Assembly: GCA_951406725.2 (NCBI GenBank)
Contig: OX597817.1
Span: 34,720,001-34,784,000, forward strand
DNA length: 64,000 nt
Direction: 5' to 3'
DNA from: Octopus vulgaris
Lineage: Eukaryota
Shown: positions 53,601 to 64,000 of the stretch, piece after piece
Numbering within the stretch: the stretch's first letter is position 1
Layout: each line of letters starts with the position of its first letter
Made by a program: the position numbers and the translations under genes
The notes under the pieces: model-generated
The model's input: only the letters and a program-made list of their open reading frames with translations
Database searches by the model: none
Told to the model about the DNA's origin: nothing

Positions 53601-55384
53601 GAGTAGGGGAAGGCTGATGATGATGTAAATGCTTTTACTTTTCAAAGTTCGAATATTGTTGCATTCAGTTTTGATATTCATACTTCTAGAACCAATAATT
53701 ATTTGCCATCCCATTCTAATATTCAATAAGCAGAAAATATATTTAAAAAAAAACATATCATTTAGTTGTGGTGACAACTTGCCAAGTGCATAAATCAGTT
53801 CATTACGAATAACATTCATAGCGATTTCTGTTTATGGTTTCTGTTCCTTTGCTTACTCTGAAAACTGTCATTCCTCCCAAATAAATCCCAGTGAAAAAAA
53901 TGAGAAATTATTATTGAAGGAAAGTGAAGGTTTCCTTGTTCGAATATGTTTCCGAAAAGAATAGCAAAATCATTACTCTATAGAGGATTTTTCTTGGGGT
54001 AAAAGAGACTGAACCAAGGTTGATATGTTCAATTGTTTCTTTAATTTCGACAGATTAGATATAGCAGTAATAACTGGAGTCTTCTTGGGCTATAAGACTA
54101 ATCTTATAAAGAATTAATTTATCGCTAAAATTAACTCCACCAGTATTTTAACTCATAACCTAAAACTGCAGCTAAATAATGGAAGCTAGCATAAACAATC
54201 CAATTCTGTATCTTTGGTTACCTTGATCGTATTTATAGTAACAGAAAATACTTAATAAAACTTGATCTAACAAGGGACAAGATGGACGAGATTAAAAACT
54301 CTAGGTATGCCCAAAATGTTGGGGTTCTTTTTTCTATTCCCCTCGAGAGAAAAAAGATAATACACTTTCAAATTTTTTCCATTGAATTATGTGAGATTAG
54401 CCATGTTCGATCTAAAAGAAATGATGAAAATGGAAAAACTCGATGAAATGTAAACAGCATGGGGTTTCATATGCTTTCTAGATCTGATAAACAGGAATGA
54501 AATGCTACCATTTCTTAACCATTTCTTTTCCAAGAGCGTTATGTTTTATAATTTTTATACAACAGGAGTTTTGTTTAAAAACAACAAATAACTTTTATAA
54601 TCATTCTAAGATGCTTGCTTGTATTGTTGTCGCTGCTGCTTCTGTTTCTTGTGTGAAAGTACGTAGCCTAGTGGTTAGGGTGTTGGACTCACGTTTATGA
54701 GGTCATGGGTTTGATTCCTGGGCTAGACAGCGTGAGGTGTTCTTGAACGAGACGTTTCATTTCACGTTGTTCGAGTCTACTCAGCTGAAATTTAGTACCA
54801 ACCGACGACTGGTACAAACCATTTTCCCCTTTTGCCACTTTCTCGATGTTTCGCCGTGTCAAGAGATTGGAGAGCTGAGGTGTTTATGTCTGCTCGCGAC
54901 AACATAGGCCCCTAAAACAATTAGCGAAAGCATGGTATATGCTGTCAGGTCATACTTGCTTGCGAGTGACAGCTTTAGTAAAAGGCAGTGAGGTTTGTAA
55001 GAAGGAGAGAACACCTGATCTGGAGCCTGATAATATGTAGCTGGGCCCCACCAGCTTTTGAGTTCAAATTCCGACAGAGTCAACATTGTTCTCATTTTTC
55101 CAGAGATTCATAAAATAAGCAATAGTTATTTAGTTGGTTACATTCAACAGATCTGCTGTACACATCTACCAACAAAGAATGTGTTTGTGATTAGGAAGAT
55201 TAAATTAATGAATGCATTTTCAATCGTTATAAACATCCGCTATCTTTTTTAAAAATTAGAATTAAAGCCATTGTTAATTTCTAAAATATATGAACATATA
55301 CATACATGCATACATACGCCAACAGACAGACAGACACACACACACACAGAGTTTCTTATATTGTTTAATATTTTTTGACAAAAA

Positions 55385-55598
55385 AGGCGGCGAGCTGTCA
55401 GACACGTTAGCACGCCGGACGAAATGCTTAGCGGTATTTCGTCTGTCTTTATGCTCTGAGCTCAATTTCCGCCGAGGTCGACTTTACCTTTCATGTTTTG
55501 GGGTCGATAAATTAAGTACCAGTTGCGTACTGGGTCGATCAAATCGACTGGCCCTCTCCCCCAAAATTGCGAGCCTTGTGCTTGGAATAGAAAAGAAT
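55385..55598 (+). mobile_element. SINE family A about 110 bp upstream of the GPCR ATG
   Basis: Consensus match; TSD tttttgacaaaaa on both sides. Confidence 0.88.
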
Positions 55599-55688
55599 GC
55601 TTTTTGACAAAAATATATGTATGTTTATATGCATGTACGTTTGTATGTTTGTACGTTTGTATCATGGTTTACAAGTTTAAGTAACACA

Positions 55689-55707
55689 TCCTTTCTTTTC
55701 TCTTCAG
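55689..55707 (+). promoter_or_regulatory. 3' splice acceptor immediately upstream of the GPCR ATG
   Basis: Polypyrimidine tract followed by CAG (tcctttcttttctcttcag|ATG), implying an upstream exon. Confidence 0.7.
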
Positions 55708-56856
55708 ATGAGACCAGACTACTTCGAGATTGACTGGGATGTACCAATCGATTTCAACTGGACTCTCGATTACCAAGTAGAGGAAACCAAAGTTACAGTC
55801 AATTTAGCCGAAGCTGTTGGGTCATTCATCTTGGCCGGATGCGTAGTTCTTTTCAATGGTTTGCTGTTACTAGCAATTCTCTTGCAATGCACCAAAACTA
55901 AATTGACAACAATACAAATTCTAATTGCCAACAATGCCACGATTGATCTCCTGCAAGGTGTTCTAATTAATCCATTTCACGGATACCAAGCATTCTCTGA
56001 ATGGAAGCTCTCACGAATATGGTGCGAGATCTGGTCTACACTGGAACCAACAGTCTTCGTTGTTTCTGCACTGTGCCTCTTATGTGTCAATATCGATCGT
56101 CTAATGTATGTATCAAACCCAGAGAAATATACTAAACATTTGAATGTCAACATGGCAGTGGTTTTAACTGCAGCTCCGTGGATTCTGGGATTTTCTGTCA
56201 TCCCACCCCTTTACATACTGGGAGAGGATACTAGCTTTCTGAAACCACCAAAAGCACCGCTTTGTATTCTAATCCCCAAACAAGAAGTCATCCGAACGAT
56301 TTTCACTTTGTGTTCAATAATTGGCACCGCAATCCTAGTCATATTCTTAGTCATTTTCTGTCTAGTTTCTCGCTCACAAGGAATTCGATCGTATGGATTA
56401 GTGAAGGACATTGATGGTAATTCCATACGAAACAAAATAATGGCTCTGTGTTCAGTGAATGTCTTTTTTTTTATATTACGTTTTCCCTGGATCTATAGCC
56501 CACATATAATCCAAGTAGTTTGTGAAAACATAGAGTGTGACAAGCATAAATTAGATGTCGCACATGCTCTCCTTATGTGGATATCACACTGTGGTTTTGC
56601 CATTAACCCTTTGGCCTGGACTGTTGATAGAGATATACGTAATGCCTATAGCAATCTCTTTTTATGCAAAGCATGTTTTCAAACGCCATCTGAAACGAGG
56701 CGTAATGTGCGTCAAGCCAGAAATTGCAAAAATGAGCATTCGAATGCCGTTGGTTATCGATACAGTAAGTCGTTGCCGCAAGATATAGAAGCCAGTCCGA
56801 CTATTAACGGAGGGGTCGGACATCTTAGAGCAGAGACATATGAAATGACCAACTGA
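55708..56856 (+). CDS. Rhodopsin-family (class A) 7TM GPCR, divergent biogenic-amine-receptor-like orphan, single coding exon
   Basis: 382-aa open ORF with seven hydrophobic segments. N1.50 (LFNG), D2.50 (NATID), ECL1 W plus C3.25 (WKLSRIWCEIW), DRL for DRY, TM4 PW, ECL2 Cys, TM6 LRFP, TM7 W7.40 and NPLAW; N-terminal glycosylation sequon NWT. Confidence 0.93.
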   Translation: MRPDYFEIDWDVPIDFNWTLDYQVEETKVTVNLAEAVGSFILAGCVVLFNGLLLLAILLQCTKTKLTTIQILIANNATIDLLQGVLINPFHGYQAFSEWKLSRIWCEIWSTLEPTVFVVSALCLLCVNIDRLMYVSNPEKYTKHLNVNMAVVLTAAPWILGFSVIPPLYILGEDTSFLKPPKAPLCILIPKQEVIRTIFTLCSIIGTAILVIFLVIFCLVSRSQGIRSYGLVKDIDGNSIRNKIMALCSVNVFFFILRFPWIYSPHIIQVVCENIECDKHKLDVAHALLMWISHCGFAINPLAWTVDRDIRNAYSNLFLCKACFQTPSETRRNVRQARNCKNEHSNAVGYRYSKSLPQDIEASPTINGGVGHLRAETYEMTN

Positions 56857-57729
56857 TTTAAACAACGGGACTTTCATTAGGGAGAGAATGGACGACGAGA
56901 TCTACAAAAGGAAAAGTGTGTGTGCGTGTGTGTGTGTGAATACGTACGTACGTGTGCACGCGCTTGTGCGTGTATTTAGTATGGAAAATAATTGTAGAAA
57001 GACAGAGTATGAAAGGAAAGGCGAGAATGATAAGGAATGAGATGATGTGAGCGTTCTGTGAATGGGAAATATATTTAGAGCAGCAGAGAAATTAGCAAGA
57101 GAGATGAACAAGAAAGATGTGTGAGAGAAAGAGGGGAGAGAAATAATAAAGGGAGGAATTGAATGAGTGAGATAAAATAGATAATGGTGGAGGGGGTGGG
57201 TGAAGAGGCAGCGATATTCGCGAAGAGATGAATTATGAAATTATTTCGTATGTGAATAGTTGCAGTTGCATGATGTCATCTTAATATCGATTTGATGCAT
57301 GGTGCCTTGTAATCTTTGATCCCAACAGAGCGATGATGGTTCTCGCCAAAATCTTAATCCTCGACCTGTTTAGGAAACAAAAAGAGAATAGTGGGAAGAG
57401 AAGAAGAATGTTCCATGTGTCGCTGACAAGAACTGCCATTACTTTACACAAAATATTCCTTGGTTTAATCATTAACAATGTCCGAAATTATAGCGGTGTA
57501 ACTGGCAGTCGCTAGTAGCCATTTTCAGTATAATATAAATATTTCATCCATACACATACACAAACACAAACACAAATAAACACGCACACGTACATGTACA
57601 CGCACATGCACACAAAACGCACACACTTTCTCTCAGGAACATTCGTACTCAAGCAAGTATTCTTGAATATCTTATCTACGTGTGCATGCGTACATGCAAG
57701 CATGGGTATGTAAGCGTGTATATATATAC

Positions 57730-57795
<66 letters not shown>

Positions 57796-57851
57796 ATGTA
57801 TGTATATATATATATATGTATATGTATATAGTATATGTATGTATATATATT

Positions 57852-57883
<32 letters not shown>

Positions 57884-59453
57884 CATATATATGCGCATGC
57901 ATGTGTGTATATGTGTGATGTATACGTATGTGTACACGCATGCGTGTCTGTGCGTACATGTATGACGGTTTTACAGGCTTGCTTATACACGTACATACAT
58001 ACGAACATAGAAAAAAAAGCATACATTTCATATACATACTCGTTCACAAAATTTTACATACATACTTTATATCAAACATACAGATACACAAGTGTATAAA
58101 TATATGAGTGTATAAATGTATATGTGTGTGTTTGTACGTGTGTATATATGTATATATATATATTTATATACATATATATAAATGTATGTATGTAAATGTG
58201 TAGATATGTGTATATATATAAATTCATATTATACACGTGTGTGTGTGTGTGTGTGCGTTTTTGCGTGCACAGGTGTGTAGTTGTACACATGTTATGAGAA
58301 TACTTTCTGGTGCCCTAGGCTACACAGAGAAATGCCTACTTGATAACCCTAGTATCTGAAGGCTCTCTAACAAGAAAAAGCACTTGCTCGACCGCTTCCT
58401 GGATTTTCAATCTATTAGCATAACAGTCCAAAAGTTTGTGAACTTAATACATGTATTCTATGATTTTACATGCACGCATTCATATATGCATACATATAAA
58501 TATATATATATATATATATATACATATAATTATATACATAACATGTACATATATACATACATACAAATGCAGACTACACATATACGCATACATACATCCT
58601 TACATCCCTGCGTGTAAAAATATACACTCAGCGAGGTCTAACTCCAATAAAAAAAAAACCTTTGTTATTTTAATAAGATTCGCCCCTTTGTTGCAAATCT
58701 TAACAATGCACTGAGATATGCTATACCAGGCAATGGTTTGTTTGTTTTTTTCCACTGGATATATGATATATGACCAATTTTGGAAAGGAATTGGGTATAA
58801 GAAATCAACTCCAGTATATTACTGGTACTTATTTTATCGATCCCCAAAGTGATGATATGCAAAATAGACTCCGGTGGGATAATTTGAACACAGAATTTCG
58901 AGGTGCCGAACTAAATGCCACAAAAGGCATTTACAACGACTGTTTTTACTGTTACGGCCATTTCTTCCGACTTCAGAAAAACAATGAGATTCACATATGT
59001 GTGTGTGTGTGTATGTATATATATATATATATATGTATGTATATATGTATATATTACATTTCATGTAATTGTACATTATAAACTATATGAAAACTTTACA
59101 ACCATGTAAAGTAACAATAAACGATTCCTACTCCAGGAAAAACGTAAACTCATAAAACATCACTTGTTGCCACGTTGTACATTATACAGATTTGCCTTTG
59201 ACTTTTTTTGTTATGAGGTCACATGACCTTTATCGTAGAAATAAAACGATAATTGTCCTCATTGGAAATTCTTGTCTTATTGGAGTTGGTGAAATTTCTA
59301 TGTATTCATAATTGAATTTTTTTTTGTTTCGTCTTTTTGTTGATCATTGTTTTGTTTTCTTGCCATTGATGCTGCTGATACTTCAGATGTATTAACATAT
59401 ATGCACACACACACATACATACTCAATCATACATACATACATACATACATACA

Positions 59454-59486
<33 letters not shown>

Positions 59487-60214
59487 GCATGCATACATAC
59501 ATATATACATACTTACTTACTTACTTACATACATACATACATGGTGGCTGCCCCTCGTTATCGAGTATGGCCATTGTACGAAGCTTAATCAATGTTGTTA
59601 CCATGCAATACCTGTGCAAGAAGATTTTTTTTTAAAGTGAGGAAAGGTTGTGCACTGAGTCAACCTCACTCACTAAGCAACAGCAGCCATAATCCGAAAA
59701 GAAGAACAAGTCAACATCATCGGTAACCACTGAGCCGCAGGTTTTATGTCGGAGTTATCCCAGTTACCTGAGTTACCTTCTCCTAGAAGGATGCCCTAAC
59801 AAAGGCTAGGAGTCCTTCACTCCCAATGGTTTAACCGCGCGATCTGGTATTCAGTCCGATTCTTTCTATGTCCCCGCGCAACATACATACATACATACAT
59901 ACAGTTTCTTTCCAGTTGACAAACAGCCAAATTTCAAAGAGTCAATACCAGTATAATATCAACCAAAGGCACCTTGCTTTTCATCAATTTTGATGAGGGG
60001 CAAATTAAGTGCCAGAAACATAGGGAATCGATTCAGTTGATTGTATCAGAAACAACTGAAAACGTCTCACTGATTGAACAGTAAACAACACAAACAGAGT
60101 TTACAACAGAATTCGATCCCTGATTGACCAGCTAATATAGTTGTAGTTACCTAATAGCTGAGAATGGTATGAAGCAAAACTTGCTCTTGTAATTATGACG
60201 AGGTTTTCATTGAG

Positions 60215-60258
60215 GGCCTGATGAGCTATCAATACCATAAGCAATAGCGTAGGTAGCC
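60215..60258 (+). ncRNA. Degenerate hammerhead-like motif
   Basis: ggc CUGAUGA gcuau...auagc G[AAAC absent]uag GUA gcc. Stems I and II pair, but the GAAA box is missing. Confidence 0.4.
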
Positions 60259-60467
60259 ATATTGACCTCCATGGTAATATACGTAAAGTATTACTGTATC
60301 ATTAAGTACCACAAAATTCATTGACTGTGGCTGGTTGTTTTCAATGTTATGTATGTTAAACATCTCACTGTTTTAACATTTTGTTTTTCTATAATTCGGT
60401 ATTATTATCATCATCATCATCATCATCATTATTATTATTACTATTATTATTATTATTATTATTATTA

Positions 60468-60965
60468 TTGAGTGAGAGAGCAGCGCATGCCATCAAAAAT
60501 GACACTGGGGTACAAATATACGAAGCCTAATATACCAATCATGAACACCCGTCTGATAAGAGCACACCAGGTACATGCATTCATAACCATATTGCACGAC
60601 ATGGTGATCTCATATGAAGATAAACAGTGCACGACCTTGCAAGTAGGGCCCAGTTAGAATTTTCTTCACTTTGAGTGGCCCATCCCACTCAAAAGGTCCC
60701 TGAATAAAGGTTGTTTAAGGATGATGAGCGAAACACTCATGTTTCCAGCGGTAAATTATGCAAACCCCAGAGAATTCCTCTCAACACATGGTTATGATGC
60801 TCCCTCACTACTCCTGCTCGTGATCAGAGATGCACTTATCGTCAGCCACTGAGGGATATGCTCAACTAGTTGTGGTCAAGCAACTGATAAGAAAATCTGT
60901 TATTGAGCAGAATATTTGCTGCAGCCCATCTTTTACATCAAGACAAAACGCGTACATGATAATAG
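60468..60965. mobile_element. Interspersed repeat next to (ATT)n/(CAT)n, probably a retroposon remnant
   Basis: GC-richer block starting abruptly at the microsatellite; family not assignable by eye. Confidence 0.35.
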
Positions 60966-60979
60966 TCGCTGCTTAACGC

Positions 60980-61220
60980 TTGTTCCCGGGAATCTACTTC
61001 GTTTTTGTCTATCTTGGCTTTTATCCAATAGTTCTTAATGCTTGATCTTGTGCTGCTACTAACAAACTTTCTGTCTCCCTTTTCAGCCTTCCTTTCTGCA
61101 ACCATAACTATGTCTCACTACTACACTTTACTGCAAATATCTTTAGGAATCTACCATGCAAAGCCTTCTCCTGCCAGTCAGTTAAGATCAGAAGCCATGA
61201 GAGCTGCTGTCTTATTTTAA
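60980..61220 (-). pseudogene. R4/Dong-like non-LTR ORF fragment
   Basis: Minus strand LTDWQEKALHGRF...LWLQKGRLK..TESLLVAAQDQALRT. Confidence 0.72.
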
Positions 61221-61899
61221 TGTGAAGTGTTTCCTAGTAAATAGCATGATTGAACACTCTAAATGGTGCAGTTTTACAGGCATAAATTTAATGAGAGAAA
61301 TTTTATTTACATGTTCTTCAATGGCAATTTCAATTCTTCTTCGAAGATACACACACACACACATCGTGGTTATAGCAACAATTCAACACTCAACTAGAGT
61401 TGGATTTTCATTTGCATGGACACTTTACATTATACTATTTTGTAGATTACTACATAGGCTGATAGACGAGTCCGTACGAGGAGCTTACTGTGGTAGCTAC
61501 ATGCACACGCGCGCACATGCACACATACGGAGACTTTATAAAAGATTTGGTTGTATAAGGAAATTAATAAGATATATAAATTATTAGCGATGAGTATTTT
61601 GTGAAATTCATAAGAATATTCAGAGAAAAATAAATATTAACAATACGAGCAAAATAATATTAAGCTGTGCTGCTCAAGGTTAGCGCTCACGAAGCAAAAG
61701 CAAGGGTCGTTCATCAATCTTAGTGTGAGACGCGTGTGAAACTACACAACTTAACTTCCTTTGAGCTAACAAAGGAAACTTCTATATGATCTCTCAACCA
61801 ACTGCAAATAACAGTCAGATCATCCTCAAACCCCGATTTTACAAAAGAATAGCACACTAAGACCGCCTTTTATCAACAACTAAAACCGTATTTGTAAAT

Positions 61900-62840
61900 G
61901 GGAATCTACCATGCAAATACTTCTCCTACCAGTCAGATAACTTTTGTTCTTTTTTCTGGTTTTTAACTACGTTTGGTTTTTTGGTTTCTCTATGTCTTGC
62001 TGTGACTCTAGCAGCTTTTAATAAACTTACTTTACTATTACCTACATAAGATTCTATGTCTTCTCTAGCTAACTCCACGCAGCCTTCTACTGATATTAAC
62101 CCTCTTCCGCCTTCCTTTCTAGGTAAGTATTCACTCTATTGAAAGTGTTTTACGTAGGATGTGTGCGGTGGGTAGTAGTGCTATTTTCTGTATATTATAT
62201 ATACTTGTAAGCCCTGGTATTTTTGTTATGTGTTTGGCTGAATGTTTTTTTCTTTTTTTTTTAACCATACCTAATGCGCCTACTATAATAGGAATTGTTT
62301 CTGTTTTTAGGCTCCACATTCGAGTTACCTCTATTTCCAGATCTCTGTATTTTGAAAGTTTCTTTTAGAGAAACATTGTCAATTGTTGGTATTGATACAT
62401 CGATTAGAAAGCATTTTTCCTTGGCGCTCTCTGACAGCTATATCCGGCCTTTTGGACTCAATTTTGCTATATGTGTATATCCCAGAGTATGGTTGCTTTC
62501 TCATTTTCTGTGATCTTTTTTTTGGCGTGTGCCTGTACCATCTCTTTTCTGTTGCTATTCCATAGTGCTGGCATAGCTTCCAGCGTATATAGGTCCCAAC
62601 TCTGTTGTGTCTATGAATATATTCCTTCTTAGCCAGGACTGAGTAGCCAGAGACAATATGATTTATTGTTTTTTTCTTTTTCATCACATATTCTGCAGTT
62701 ACTTGTATTTCTTTTCATTACATATTTTTGGTGGTTTCTGGTGGAAAGGCCTTGATCTTGTGCTGCAATTAAAGATCTTTCATTTTCTGCTTTGAGTCCT
62801 GAGCTTCTCAGTTATTGTTGGGATTTTGCTTTGTGTATTT
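61900..62840 (-). pseudogene. R4/Dong-like (restriction-like endonuclease) non-LTR retrotransposon fragments
   Basis: AAQDQ; TINHIVSG..LAKKEYIHRHNRV; KRPDI; PIIVGALG...IQKIALL.TAHILRKTL (62131-62840), plus a separate LPRKEGGRGLISVE...LHGRF piece (61900-62130). Confidence 0.82.
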
Positions 62841-63620
62841 CTTTTCTATTATTATTATTATTATTAATATTATTATTATTATACAAATTCCGTTAAGGCC
62901 GATTTTTATCTTTCCTCTTTTCGGGGTCGATGAAATAAATATTAATCATGCACTGGGGTAATGTAATCAACAAGCTCCCTCCCATAAAATTTCAGGCTTT
63001 GTACCGATAGCAGAAAGAATTGTTGTTGTTGTTGTTGTTGCTGCTGCTATTGCTGTCGCTGCTGCTGCTGTTAGAGTACGATGCGATATGAAATAAAACA
63101 CATTGACTTTCTTTATTGAATTGAACATATCGCGCTCCTTTAATTGTATACTCACCTTCGTGAAAAAAAGTTACGCTAATCTTCATATGCTAGTGTTATT
63201 ATTATTTTTTCAGAAAGAATAGAGGTTCATATCTTTCTAGCCATTAGATATCTTGTTCCTGATCATCGTACAACATAACGATGTGAAATAACAAAGAGGA
63301 ACAGGGCACGTTGCAGAATTTCATCCAGGATACTTTTGATCTGTATTGTCGCACACTGGGCTGTTAATGCTTTTATAACTGAATGGTTTCCATTCACAGT
63401 GTGGCAGGCTACACATAAACTCCGAAATTTTTTCATCATACCTTCCAATTCCAAAGAGATGACGAGTAACACTAATCAGGATGATGTCATAGACTTTTTA
63501 TGCTGAGCAACGATTATGAGCAAGTTATTGAATGATCACACGGGCATGGAATTCTTCTGTTTTTGAATTACAAAAAAAAAAAAAGAATGAAAGAAAAGTT
63601 CTTTAAATTTGTTCAACATT

Positions 63621-64000
63621 AGGCGCAGGAGTGGCTGTGTGGTAAGTAGCTTGCTAACCAACCACATGGTTCCGGGTTCAATCCCACTGCGTGGCATCTT
63701 GGGCAAGTGTCTTCTGCTATAGCCCCGGGCCGACCAATGCCTTGTGAGTGGATTTGGTAGACGGAAACTGAAAGAAGCCTGTCATATATATGTATATATA
63801 TATATGTATGTGTGTGTGTTTGTGTGTCTGTGTTTGTTCCCCTAGCATTGCTTGACAACCGATGCTGGTGTGTTTACGTCCCCGTCACTTAGCGGTTCGG
63901 CAAAAAGAGACCGATAGAATAAGTACTGGGCTTACAAAAAGAATAAGTCCCGGGGTCGAGTTGCTCGACTAAAGGCGGTGCTCCGGCATGGCCGCAGTCA
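63621..64000 (+). mobile_element. SINE family B, running off the window end
   Basis: Consensus match from aggcgcaggagtggc onward. Confidence 0.88.

Overview
AT-rich, microsatellite-dense eukaryotic DNA. The SINE families and the (TA)n/(TATC)n/(TAA)n load suggest an octopod cephalopod genome (inference). There is one credible protein-coding region: an uninterrupted 382-aa rhodopsin-class GPCR ORF (55708-56856, +) directly behind a splice acceptor, with an aminergic-like fold but several substituted switch residues. The rest is at least four families of tRNA-derived SINEs (several with clean target-site duplications), decayed RTE-, R4/Dong- and Tx1-like LINE fragments, hAT and Tc1/mariner MITEs, and a possible solo LTR. 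Almost all other ORFs in the track are microsatellite or SINE artefacts. The most notable unannotated signal is a dispersed set of sequence-unrelated short non-coding elements carrying hammerhead-ribozyme cores (CUGANGA...GAAAC...UH with pairing stems). Two look intact (486-529 on -, 11765-11825 on +) and several are degenerate. Most sit in or next to microsatellites, and two occur as fold-back copies whose inverted arm lacks the CUGAUGA box, resembling Penelope-like pseudo-LTR or retrozyme-type elements. Many long fold-back structures are also present. No folding or homology searches were run; all calls come from reading the sequence by eye.
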